Shown here piece by piece: positions 23,624-35,829 of a stretch of DNA of 64,000 nt. The position numbers were made by a program, and so were the translations under genes. Numbering within the stretch: position 1 is the first letter of the stretch; each line of letters begins with the position of its first letter. The notes beneath the pieces were generated by a model that was not told the DNA's origin, did not search any database, and saw nothing but the letters and a program-made list of their open reading frames with translations. The DNA is from Rhizaria sp. SCN 62-66 (lineage: Eukaryota), in contig MEDY01000010.1 in assembly GCA_001724265.1 (NCBI GenBank), positions 1 to 64,000 on the forward strand, read 5' to 3'.

Positions 23624-24316
23624 ATGCGTCGAAATACTCGTGACTTCAATCCGCGTTAGCCTCATTATGATGAGACTGTATTCTTGTGACAACAAGGTAT
23701 CTTGTTGTTTACGCGTTTTTACTATATAGGATATTTAGAAATTGCGTTACATTAGTTTCTTCCAAGAAGATTTACGTGCTCTCGAGAGCAACAATAAAGT
23801 TTAACTCGTGTGCTTTTGGTCATGCACTAAACACATATTAACATCACTATTATGACAAATAGTTGTTATATGCGCAAGAAACGCAGTATATAGGCTGTAA
23901 TTGTTTATTAAATGACATGTCCTGCTTTTATGGATTGCTGCATCGCTTATCACGATCAAAAAGTGCAATTGTTAGTTTGATGCGTGCGACGACCACAAAC
24001 GCATCTCGCCGAAGCCCGACGAGAAGGTGGCTCGTTTAGGAGTTATCTCATGTATACACTGGACGTGTTCGTCGATAGAGCGGCCATTAGGTCAGTTCAT
24101 TGTTTGTAACAGCTCTGTTTTCATTATTTCTCTTAATAATATAACTAATGGACTTGTATCTATCGCGATATGCATGTTGATTTGTTGACCATGTGATCCG
24201 GTCTGTAATGAGCGCATCGCCCTCAGTTTCACGTGTTTTCGCTCAACAGAACGATCTTGATTCTCACACGGATTATTAATTCCCCAACCTACGCGTACTT
24301 AAATTATGTTATAGAG

Positions 24317-25692
24317 ATGTTTCGCTCGACTGTCTCGCGTATGAGTGCGCAAACGGCCCAGTCTGCCCGCAGCTTCCGCAACGCCTTCGTGGCGCTGCCC
24401 AAGAAGGTCAAGATCGTCGAGGTAGGCCCCCGCGACGGCCTCCAGAACGAAAAGGAAATCCTCGACACGGGTACGCATTATAGTTCAATCCATTGTCACT
24501 GTCTTATTTACTCTAAGGCTGTTTTCTATGGCTGTGTCTTTGTGTAACTGAAATATCCTTATCTCCCCCTCCACCATGAGCGCTGAAATCACTTATGTAC
24601 ACACACTCACATCGCTTCATAAAACATACACCCTTCTATGTTGTGCGCCCCTTTTAGACGTCAAGATCTCCTTTATCGACCGCCTCTCTGCGACGGGTCT
24701 GTCTGTCATCGAGGCGACCTCGTTCGTGTCGCCCAAGTGGGTGCCGCAGATGGCCGACGCGAGCGAGGTGCTTCGCGGCATCACCCCGGCCCCCGGCGTC
24801 TCCTACCCCGTGCTCACGCCCAACCTCAAGGGCTTTGAGGCCGCGATTGAGGCCGGCGCTAAGGAAGTATCAGTCTTCGCCGCCGCGTCGGAGGCTTTCT
24901 CCCAGCGCAACATCAACTGCTCCATCGAGGTCCGTGCTATTCAGAAAAGGATATGATTATGAGATACTTTTCTGGTCAAGTGACCGTGTTCATTGATTAT
25001 ATTAGAATCGAGGAAACTGATCTTGCCTCTTTTTCACTCTTTGCTTTGCGTCTGTATCTCCCCGATCACAGGAGTCGCTGAACCGCTTCCGGCCGGTGCT
25101 GGAGGCGGCGAAGGCCAAGAACATCCCCGTGCGCGGCTACGTGTCCTGCGTTGTGGGCTGCCCCTACCAGGGCTCCGTGGCGCCCGCGGCGGTCGCCTCC
25201 GTGTCCAAGGCCCTCTTTGACGCGGGCTGCTACGAGATCAGCCTGGGTGACACGATCGGCGTGGGCACGCCGCTGGCGACCTGGAACATGCTCTCCGAGG
25301 TGATGCAGGTCGTGCCCGTGGAGAACCTGGCCGTGCATTTCCACGACACGTACGGGCAGGCCCTGGCCAACATCCTGATGGCGATGCAGATGGGCGTCAG
25401 CACAGTCGACGCCGCCATCGCCGGGCTCGGCGGCTGCCCCTACGCGCGCGGCGCCAGTGGTAATGTGGCCACTGAGGACGTACTGTACATGTGCCAAGGG
25501 CTGGGCATCGAGACGGGTGTGGACATCGACAAGATCCTCGACTGTTCGCACTTCATCATGGGCCAGCTCCACATGAAGTCGGCCTCCAAGGCGACGCGCG
25601 CGCTCATGGGCGCACGCAAGAAGCGCTTCGCGGACGACCCCGTGCGCGGGCTTAACCGCGAGATGGTCGCTATGATTGCGCAGCCGCACTAA
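24317..25692 (+). CDS. HMGCL: Hydroxymethylglutaryl-CoA lyase, mitochondrial (348 aa)
   Basis: join(24317..24470, 24658..24929, 25072..25692) = 1047 nt. Motifs [46 protein letters not shown] and [19 protein letters not shown]; Arg/Ser-rich presequence. Ends TAA. Confidence 0.97.
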
Positions 25693-26280
25693 GCACTAAG
25701 CATGAAGCGCGCGCGGGCGTTGCATTCTGAGTTTATTCTGAGTGAGCGCTGCAAAGGCAGAGCGATGGGTTAGAAGAACATGTGGGAGCATGTTGACGAT
25801 GTTTGTTTTCGATAATGTTACTTAATTATGAAGGATTGCTATTTTTAGAGACGATATATGATGAGTATGCTTATGTTTTGTAAATACGGGCCTACGTATT
25901 GAAAAATGAAACGTGGACAAGTGCGTGTGTGTGCAAATGCAAAACCTGGCTAACAGGTGTAAGAAGAACAATCATAAAGAATACATACGCACAGAAATTG
26001 TTATACCAAATGATATATACTACTATTAACAAAGAAGGCAGTCGTTGAAATCGGAGCTGTGTATTTGAGGAGATACCTACACTTCTTGGACAGGTAACAC
26101 CGTTTATGGTCGGTCTATCTACACAGTGACTCACTCAAGAGGGCCAGATCAGAGCTGGGTAAACTGTTCCAACAATGGCGCTTAAAATGTCTATATATCT
26201 CGGTAATGTTACTAAATAAGGAGCCTATGAATCATAGAGAGTTGTCCTAATGTGACAGTTAAGCATCACGCAAGGACTTT

Positions 26281-26628
26281 TCACTGCCCAGCAGCAAAAT
26301 CGTCATAGTCGCCCATCTGCGCATGCGCACCGTCGACGAACACCTCTCCGTCGGCCCCCGCATCAAGGAGCTGCTCGTCGGCCTCCGCGGCGGCGTCGGC
26401 GGCAGGCTGCGGCGCAGTGGAGGTAGCGACCTCGCGCGTCGCATCGAAGAACGCAACGGCGCCGCCAGAGCCCGCAGTCATGCGAGCGGCGTCGGCGCGC
26501 TCGGTGCCCGCGGCGGGCGCAAGAGAGTTCCTCGCGGCTGCAGGGTAGCGGCCTGCTGCGAGAGCGCGGAGCTCGTCGTTGAGGTCCTTGGTCGTGACGT
26601 CGATGCAGGTCAGGGGGCGCTTCAGCAT
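26281..26628 (-). CDS. Small protein resembling APC/C subunit CDC26 (115 aa)
   Basis: The N-terminus MLKRPLTCIDVTTKDLNDEL matches the CDC26 pattern ML(R/K)RxxTxI.L...D...E and is followed by a low-complexity tail. Ends TGA. Candidate 5'UTR intron at 26737-26632. Confidence 0.6.
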   Translation of the reverse strand: MLKRPLTCIDVTTKDLNDELRALAAGRYPAAARNSLAPAAGTERADAARMTAGSGGAVAFFDATREVATSTAPQPAADAAAEADEQLLDAGADGEVFVDGAHAQMGDYDDFAAGQ

Positions 26629-27020
26629 CAGCTTTACAAATGCGCACATGATGACCAAAACAAGATTCCGTGAGTTATAATAAAAGTAAAATAAATTATA
26701 CACATGTCTCTATACAATTATAAGGTTATAGTCTTACTGACGATCAGGTCATCGAGTTATGGCCTGGGGAGAATCGACCAGCTTTGAAGTCAAGTTAGCC
26801 GTCGATTTGGGGCCTCGTTCTTGGAGGTCCAAGCCATCAACGTTGAAGTCCAAGTTCTTCATCTTCCGAACGTCATTACAGGATATAACAAGGATTATTG
26901 CTATTAAATCGCCATATAATTGACAGTTCTAATTAGAACACCTCTGAAATCATCGCGCATCTCTCAACTCACCAGTCGTTTCTCCCTCACCGCAACGCTT
27001 CTCTCCTTTCCCCAGTCGCC

Positions 27021-30000
27021 ATGAGCTCAAGCCGGGGCACATCGCGCGCGCGCGCCTCGTCGCCCGACGCGCTTGTGACGCTCTCGCGACCCATGACGGC
27101 GGCGGCGCCCGAAGTGCTGCACCCGGCCGTGCAGCAGCAGCGCGCGCAGGACCCCCGCGAGCCCGGCTGGGCTCAGCTCACCGAGCAGTACGCGCGGCGC
27201 CAGAGCGCGGGCAGGTTCAACTACGATCACATCAAGGAGGCGCAAGCGCACGAGGCCAGCGTCACGCCGGGGCCCGTGAACCAGGTTGACTACTCCATGT
27301 CTCAGTCATGGTACGTCCGCAGAAGGAATCGCACTGCCTTATTTGCACCATCATACTCACTACTCTCCCTGTCAGGAACGCAAAACCATTGTTCAACGAA
27401 CGTACCTTGGTACATATCTAATTAATACTGCATGTGTTCTACTCATTTGCTCCTGTACTCTATAGGGTGCATTCTGGTTCAATCCCGCTCCGTTCCTCGT
27501 CCCCCAACGGCAAGCCCTCTTCCCGCCCCGTCTCCCGCGCAAACCCTAACACGCTGAGCTCGTCCCTGGGCTACAGCAACAGCAATACGCTGCCCGCTGA
27601 CAACGACCTGCCTCCGCCGAACTCAGTCTCGTTCAACAACACCAGCAGCAACAGCAGCAGCAACGAGGTTCCTCCCCCCGCCTCCGCTGCCCCCGGCCAC
27701 GGTCACGGTCACGGTCTCGGTCACCAGACCTCCCACGGCCACATCGCGCCGCCGCCACAGTCCTCGGCATCCGCTGCCGCCGCCGCGGCCATCCAAGCTT
27801 ACTACCACTCGCCCCCGCGCTCGCGCGAGCCGCCGCTGGTGCCCTACGGGCCCTCCGCGCCGCCCTCGGCACACGGCCACGGCCACGGTGGCCATAGTAG
27901 CGGGGCGGGGAGCGCGATCGACGCCGCCGCTCAAGGCCGCGCGGCGTCGCCCAATCGCGGCCGCCACCGCAACCGCCACCACCATCACCCGACAAACAGC
28001 AACAGCAACAGCAGTCTCAGTATCGGTGGGAGCGCGAGTGCGGGCGCCACGAGCGTCGCTCCAGCGAACCCAGCGGAGGCGGTTGCGCCCAACTGGGTGG
28101 CGGCGGCGCCGAGCGCCGCTGCAGCGCGGTCGCCGCTGGCTGCGCAGAGCGCGATCTATGGGGCTAGACTCGCGAAGCGCAACACCCATAACAACAACAG
28201 CCTTGTTGCTCCTGGCTCAGCTAGAAGCGGCGCTTTCAGCCGCAACGGTCACACTCCATATGGACAGATTCAACAGCAACAGCAGCAACAATTGCAGTCT
28301 CAATCTGATCACTATCTACAGCAACAGCAGCAGCAGCAAGCGCAGGTGTTTTACCACACGAAGCCCGCGACGAGGGCGAAGATCCGTGCCGTCGTCAACA
28401 GAAACAAGCCCCTGGTCAGCTACAACGATACTACCAGTGCTGACAACGCCAGCGCTGACGGCCGCAGCAGCGGCAGCAGCGCCGCGGCAGAGACCGTTCT
28501 TGTCGCCGCACTGGCCGAGACCCGAGTCACAGACCCCAGCGCAAGCTCTCCCCCCGCGGCGACCACGACAGTCGTCGACGTGTCGCCGACGGCTGCGGCA
28601 ACGGCGGCGACGCGCTCTGTTCTAGCGCACGGCGACGCGACGGACCGCGCGACGGCGGTGGGGCTGCCGCTGCGGGCTACGGTGCTGGGCGATTCGTGCC
28701 ACGCCGACGCCGAGGCTGCGTTCGAGAACAGCGAGTCGGACGGCGAGTACTACGATCACGACTACTGCACCAGCAACGACGACGACGCCAGAAGCTACCA
28801 TTACCCGCAGCAGCCGCAGCAGCAGTTGGACACTCAGCAGCAGCAGCAGCAGCAGCAGGGGCAGGCTCATGGACCTGGTCAGCAGCCGACCCCTGCGATC
28901 GCGGGCGCGCCGGTACCAGCCGAGTCGGCGCCGCTCTCGTTTCCCTCGAGCGCCAGCATAACGCACGGGCTGGGCGGTGGCAGCGCCGTGGGGGCGTGGT
29001 TCGCGACCGGGGCCGCCAACAACACGACGGTCACAGGCAGCGGCGCCTTCTCGCAGGTGCGCGGGCCCGATGTGCTGAGGGGTGTGTTGAGGGGCTCGCC
29101 GTGGGGAGAGCTGAGCAACAGCGGGGGCAGCAGCGGTGGTGGCAGCGGGGGCCGCGCGGGCAATGAGGGCGACGGAGCCGCGGCGCTCGCGGCTGCCGAG
29201 GCTGTCGGTGGCGGCAACGGCGACGACGCCGACGGCAACGGCAGCGGCAGCAAGGCGCTAGTCGAGGCCGGCGGCAGCGCGGGCGGCAGCGGCAGTGACA
29301 GGCACGCCAGCAGGGCGCTGGTGCTGCAGACGCACTCGTTCCCGCCCCGGGAGCCGCCCGCGCCGGCGCCGGAGGAGGCCCGCCACTACCGCTACTCGAC
29401 GCGCTACGGCAACCAGACGGGGCTCAACGACCCGAACCTGCCGCAGTTCCTGCCCAAGAGCGGTGACAACACGCCCGAGTACCACAACAACGGCGGCGGC
29501 GGCGGCAATGGCGGCATGGGAGCGCAGTCGTCGCTGGCGTCGGCGCGCAAGCCGGTTCCCGCGTCCGTGCACGCCGCCGTGGCCGAGAGTCCGGTGACGC
29601 GGGTGACGGTGAGCTCGCGCGCCCACGCACCGGCCGAGCTGGTGCTGCCGTGTCTGGGCCGCGCGGCGGCGTACAAACAGCAGCAGGAGCAGCAGAGGCA
29701 GCAGCAGGAGCAGCAGAAGCAGCAGCAGCAACATTGTGGTGGTGTGACACCCGACAATATCAATGCTACCGGGAATGCATCTGAGCAGCAGCGGATTACC
29801 TTTGACTCCTCGGCCACGACCCCTACTCATAACAACAACAATAACAACATCAACAGCAACAGCACGCATAAAACGAGTCGCACTGGTCTGTTCGCCAGTT
29901 TACCAATTTCTCCGCCACCTCAGTACAGTAATAACTCTCAGTCGCGGTCGCACTCTGGGTCGGGCTCGCAGTCGGCGCGCAGCATCAGTGGCAACTACAA

Positions 30001-30808
30001 GACTCCGCAAAAGCAGCAGCAACAACAGACTGCACCCGCTGCAAACGCTCGTTCTCACGGTCCCGGAAATGGTCACGGCCAGACCCAGCGTCAGAATCAG
30101 GGTCAGAGTCAAAGCGCCCGCAAGCCCGTCGCGAACTCAACCAACTCAGCGGCAAAGCCACAAGGCCAGCAGCAGCAGCAGCAGCAGGGCAAAGACCAGC
30201 CGCCGCCGCAAGGGGCCGGCGACGCCTACCCTGCCGTCGCCGGGCACTCGTTCTCCTCGGCCCAGCACGCGCGCGGGCGCCTCGAGGCGCGCCAGTGGGT
30301 CGAGACCGCGGCGGCCGCGACCGCCGCCGCACGCACGCGCCGCCCCGCGCCGGCCCCGCGCCCCGATGACGGCGAGGGCGGCGCGGCGGCCGGGCAGATG
30401 AGCGGCGGGCAGATGGGCGGGCACGCACTAGTCCCGTTGGCGGCCGTGAAGCAGGACAAAGACAGCAGGTTCCTGCGCGGGAACCATCACTCGCAGTACT
30501 CGCGCAAGGCGCTCGAGGCCGTGGACCTGACGTACCGCGCCTACGAGGGACCCGACAGCGAGGACGAGCTGGGCAGCGACGACGACGGCGGCGGCGGCAG
30601 CGGCAACGGCAACGGTGGCAAAAGCGGCAACGGCCGGTACTTCAACGCGAAGCTGCGGCACCATTTCCCGGTTGCACTGCGGAGCTTTTTGCTGGCGTAC
30701 AAGAAGACAGTGCAGCCCAAGCTGGCCGCGCTGGGGCTGGAGCAGCAGCAGGGCCGAGACGGCGGACCGCATCAGCAGTAGCAGCACCACGGTGGCGAGT
30801 ACAACTGA
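27021..30808 (+). CDS. Unknown Gln/Asn/Ser/Gly-rich, probably disordered protein; TAG at 30779-30781 probably read through to TGA at 30806-30808
   Basis: join(27021..27310, 27466..30808) with a phase 2 intron GTACGT...TATAG that is frame-consistent. The end reads CAT CAG CAG TAG CAG CAC CAC GGT GGC GAG TAC AAC TGA. No known domain recognised. Confidence 0.7.
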
Positions 30809-31174
30809 AGCAGCTATTCGCGACAAGAATGATTATTTTAGTGATAATGAATATCAATGTGATTTGAAGAGTGATACAGTGAACATTGTGTATGTACAAA
30901 CGGGGTTGAATAATAATTTTGTTATGTGTTGTTCTTGAGGGTCAATGTTGTACATGTACTGCATATGCCACGCATAAAGGCGTGTGCTAATAATGATAAG
31001 CTTGTTTGTGTTTGGCTTGTTTGATTAGAAACTTATTAAGGAATGTGTTACGAATAAATTTGCGACATGTTCCTCCTTCCTATCTTACCCAAGGCGCATC
31101 TCGCTTTCGTGCTACAAATAGCTGTACATCTTTAGTAGCCACTCAAAGCAAGAGCACTGCGTGCGGGTACTTAC

Positions 31175-32255
31175 TTAGAAGTTGGGGGTCATGGTGGGGA
31201 CCGAGAACTCCGTGCCCTCGGGGTTATTCACGGGCGCCGCAGTGGGGGGCGTGGGGGGGCGGCGCGAGGGCACGGCGGGCTTGTCGTCGCTGCCGAGGAA
31301 GTCGTCGATGTTGGCCGACGCGGCGCCGGCGTTGGAGGCCGACACAGCGGCGTTGTTGACGACCCCCGCGGCCGTGGCCACGCCCTGCGAGAAGAGCACC
31401 TGCGCGCGCGCGAAGGCCGCCATGGCGGGCTCCAGGCGGTCGTAGCGCGTCGACAGGAAGGTGGAGAGCGCCGAAAAGACCTTCTCGTGGTCGGCGTCGT
31501 AGATGGCCTTGTGGTCGCGGTACTTCTGGTCGTTGCGGTCAAGCTTCTCCTGGTCGCTCGCCTTGTACTGCTTGCCCTTAGCCACCTCCTGCTCCTTCTC
31601 CTTCTGCAGGCCCTCGAGCTTGTTCTGGTAGTAGTCGGCCTCCTTGAGCGACGCGTCGCGCTTCTCGCGCAGCGTCTTAATCGAGGTCGCCTCGAGCGAG
31701 ATCTTGGTGAAGACCTCCTGCGCCTGCGCGAGCGCGTCGTGGCAGCCGGCGATGTTATTCGCAGAGACCTTCTGGTAGGCGGCGTGCGCGTAGGACGCCG
31801 AGTCCTGGAGCGCGGTGCAGCCGCGGCCCGAAGCGGTGCCCGCGAAGACGACCTTGTCGGCGCCGTTGGAGCCCGCGACCGTGGTGGACGTCGCCGTGGA
31901 CAGAGGGGTGAAGAGGTCCATCGCGGTGCCGTAGGCAGCGGTGGCGCAGGCGGAGAACTCAGTGCAGCGGTTGCCAAAGGTGCGGATCTCGTTCGCCAGG
32001 CGGTTGCTCAGCGCGAGGTAGCGGTCGTACTCGGCCATGTAGTCCTCGTACGTCTGGTCGCGCGTCTTGGTCGTGTCGTTACCGGAAAAGACCTGCGCAA
32101 GATCACAAAACAAAAAGCAGTTCAAGTTCAGTGTGAAGTAAAAAGCGTTTAACTATGATATTCAACGGTATTAAGTGCATGTGATTCGCTTGCGAGCGAC
32201 AAACTCGCTGGATCAAGTCAGACTGCGTTTCGGGCTGTCCCTGACCGAGTGTCAT
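31175..32255 (-). CDS. BAR-domain (amphiphysin/Rvs-like) protein
   Basis: Main exon 32092..31175 follows a GCAG acceptor and reads TKTRDQTYED...KTLREKRDASLKEADYYQNKLEGLQ...KLDRNDQKY, with a Pro-rich tail. The first exon 32255..32205 is tentative. Ends TAA. Confidence 0.68.
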
Positions 32256-32843
32256 AGCCAGCGGTCGGAGGAAGGTAAGATCATATTTTAAAGCAAGATG
32301 TAACGTACGACCGTCTTCAGGGAGTGGAAGAAACTCATTGTAAAGCTTCGGAGAATAAGATGGAGGCACGAGGGTGAGCAAAAACCAGAGTTAGTGAGAC
32401 ATCGAGACAGATGGGCAATCAAATGTGATGGTAAAACTTCCGAGTCTGAATTCGCATGCAGCACCGCTGCTTTCGGCGTGATAAAAAGAGTAAAATAGAT
32501 CCCAGTATGTGATCAATGTAGATACATCAAGACAAAACAGTTTCACGCGCAGAATGATGCAGAGAAACGAAGTCAATCAAAGAATCGAGATTCTCCGAAA
32601 TCGCGAGCACGCGACCGCAACAACCCACGGCCATTCCAGAATCGACTTGTGGTCAACCTGCCGTTCAAACGTAAATGTGCATTTTCTCACCCAAGACCGC
32701 TGCCTGATGAGATATCATTGCATACCATGGGTATGAAAGAAGTTGAACTATCATAAACAATGTATTAAACTCAGTTAGAATAATTAATCACTGGACACAA
32801 CGAGGCTCTCTTGAACCCATTACACAACAAAACTGCGACGCAC

Positions 32844-35445
32844 TCACTTAGCTCCGGAAAACACGGCGGTTTTGGCGACCATGACGTGCCTCCAGCACTT
32901 CCAGTGCACGGGCACGCCGTCCTTGCCCCTGAACGTCTCCGCAGTCGCCGGCTGCGCCTTCTGGAGCGCCGCGAGGTCGAGCGGCACGGCGCCCAGGAAT
33001 ACCCACGAGTCGTCGTCGTCGTCCCACTTCTTCACGAAGGAGTCCTTGCAGACGGCGCACGACGGCGGGCTGGCCTCCCACTGCTCCGCCACCGCCAGCA
33101 CCACGCGCTTGCCGTCCACGATCACCTCGCCGTCGTCCTTCTCCTCAAGGACTGCGTCCGCCAGACCGTCCACACCGGACTCCCCAGCGCCCGTGCCCGC
33201 GGCGGCGGACTGGGCGGCGTTGGCGGCGCCGCGGCCGGCCTTGCTGCGGCCGGCGGCGCGCACGCGGAGCACGGACCCCGCGTCCCTGCCTTCGGTCACG
33301 GCCTTCTCGACCTCGGCGAGCGTGTCGCGGAGCGAGGTACTCGTGACCCACGTGGACTCGCCCCAGTAATACTGCCGGGACTCGCGGCCCGAGACGGCCG
33401 CGCGCCGTCGTTGGTTGTCCCGGAAGTGTTCGTCCAGGTGTTTCTGCAGCGCGGCGTTGTCGTGGAAGCGCCAGCCGCACGTGTCGCACGGGTACGGCAT
33501 GTTCTCGTACAGATCTGCCACGGCGGCGGCGGCCGAGGCGTCGGTGCGGCGCAGACAGAGACGGGAGAAGTCGGCGACCTCGACGATGTCGCGGTTGGCG
33601 CCGGCGAGCGCGCTGCTGGTGCCGGCCGCCGCGGTGGCGCGCGCAAGGCTGTCGCGCGCGTAGCTGCGCGCGTTGGGCGGCAGGCGGGAAAGAGTGACCA
33701 CGGCCGGCGGCAGCACCGGCAGCACAGCGATCGTCGGCAGCCGCCGCGCCAGCAGGCCAGTCGTCGACACAGCGGCAGAGGCGGCGGCGGCGGCGGATCT
33801 AAAGGGCTGCTTGCGCGTGCCCTTCGCCGCCCCCGCATTGTGCGCGGCCGCATCGTTCTCGAAGTCGTCGATGCCATAGCTCTCGCCGGCGCCACCGCCG
33901 TCCATAGGGCCCATAGCCTCGCCCATAGCATCGCCCCTAGCGCCGCCGTCAAAGTGGCCGCCGTGGGGGCCGTCGCCCATGGGAAAGTGACCGTGGGCAG
34001 CGCCCAAGTGACCGTGAACAGTGTCATACTCGCCGCCGCTGGTGCTGCAGTTGACATCGCTGGCATGGGCAGGCACGTACTGGCCACCGATGAAGTGGCT
34101 GTGCTCGCTCTTGACGCCCGTGATGCTATAATGCCCCACGTTCTCCAGCTTGATTGCGCCGCTGCCATCGCCCGCGCCCGCGCCAGGCGGCACCGAACCA
34201 GAGCCCCCGTTAGTGGGACCGTAACCGTGACCGTGACCGTGGCCGTGATTGTAGCTGCTGCTGTCCGCGGTGCGCACGACGGGGTCCGCGGCGACCTCGG
34301 GCCGCTTGAGGAACTGCGACACGCGCTCCGCCGGCAGCGGCAGCGTTGCCGTCGCGCTCGCCGCCGCAGCAGCGCCGCTCGCGCCAGCACCGGTGGCGGC
34401 CGAGTGCTGACGCGCGCGCTTGGCCAGGGCCTCGGCGGCGGCGGCCGCGGCGGCCGCGTCGACCGTGTTGGGCGCCGGCAGAGGGCGCTTGTCCCGCGAG
34501 GTCGCGGCGCTGAGATGGGCCACCGAAGCGCTCACATGCCCGCCATAGGAGGGCGCGCCATAGGGCGGGCCACTGTAGTATTGGCTGTGACCGCCACCGC
34601 CGCTGGCGCTGGCGCTGGGGCTCGCAGTGGCCGGCTGGAATGGTTGGAACTCGCCGGCGGCGGCCTGGTAGGCGCGGCTGCGGGCGCCGTGGGGGCCGCC
34701 GACGCTCGTTGCCGCCGCCGCGTTGGCCGGCAGCGGGCCGCTCGAGGCGGGCAAGGGAGCGGGGGCCGAGCCGTAGGGAGGGTACTGCTGCTGATGCTGC
34801 TGCTGTTGTTGATACTGGGGCGGGGGGCCCTGGCCGTAGGGAGCCGCCTGAGGGTACTGATGATGTTGCTGCGGCGGCATGGGCGCGGGCACGTGGGGCG
34901 CGGCGGGCGGCGCGCGCGAATTGGGCGGCGTGGCGTCCATGTTCTGCTTGAGCTGGTTGCAGAAGTCGCGGGGAAAAATGTTCTCTTTCAGCCACGAAGC
35001 AACCGTGCGCTCCATGCGGCCCCTGTGAAGCGAGAAACAAACCAAAACAAATATGAACAGATAAGAAACAAGATATAATACAGAATCTTCGTCAGATAAC
35101 TTCGTATAGTAACATTTACGCGACATATGAAGTAAGATGGACGAACCTGTCGTTGGCAGAGACCATTCCGTAGGTGTTGACGTAGAGGTCGAAAAAAACA
35201 AGGCTATTGACAAAAAACGGCACAAACCCGCGGTGTGACTTACACATCGAGTCGATGGTGTAGATGAGTGGAATCTTGCGGCGGAGCTCTGCGCTCTGGA
35301 CCTCGGTGCAGAGCAGGGCGGTGAGGACCTCGCCGTGCGTGGCCAGCATGTCGCCCGCGATCATGGTAAGGCGCTCAATCGCCTTTGCATCCGTCGAGTT
35401 GAGCGCGGCAAGCATGCCGTGGAAACGGGTCGCGTACTCGTCCAT
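32844..35445 (-). CDS. PCF11: Pre-mRNA cleavage/polyadenylation factor Pcf11 (CID + two Zn fingers, 825 aa)
   Basis: complement(join(35445..35147, 35022..32844)) = 2478 nt. CID motif KAIERLTMIA...KIPLIYTIDSMCK; LYENMPYPCDTCGWRF...HLDEHF...SRQYY; CAVCKDSFVKKWDDDDDSWVF...HWKC. Ends TGA. Confidence 0.9.
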
Positions 35446-35829
35446 AATGCGTGGGGATAAGAGCTGCGAAAAAGCAGCGACGTTCGAGGAGAGGCTGTGA
35501 AAGCAAGAGAAGTTTGTCGAGCCCACAACGGTTAGCTGGCTGGAGCGGAGGGTCTGTGGAGGAAAACGAAATGAACAAGAGTAGAGGCAAGATGTGTGAG
35601 TGGCAGCGTATAATTAAAGGAATATATCCAAAGTACAGTTGGCAGTTTCGCACGATTATTCGCATTCCTGTTCATCGGATCAGTGACTTAATTTACTCTG
35701 TTGATTCTTCGCGCTCACCCCATCCACACTCACGACTCCACCCCGTGTGCGACTGCGATATCGCAGGTTCTGCCTTAGAGACGCAACCTACCTTTCAACT
35801 AACAGACCCATTGGCTACATTCCGCTGCC

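Noticed and set aside
10772-30781. Pyrrolysine, or A-to-I editing of UAG to Trp, as the meaning of TAG
   Set aside because: No pyl genes were seen and the context is eukaryotic. The TAGs sit in Gln-rich low-complexity runs where Trp or Pyl is implausible. Not formally excluded without cDNA.
32811-35078. 755-aa plus-strand ORF, and other long antisense or alternate-frame ORFs such as 60957..63125 minus, 40554..41969 minus and 12240..13592 plus
   Set aside because: Shadows of GC-rich real genes on the other strand or frame. Their translations are Arg/Gly-rich with no motifs.
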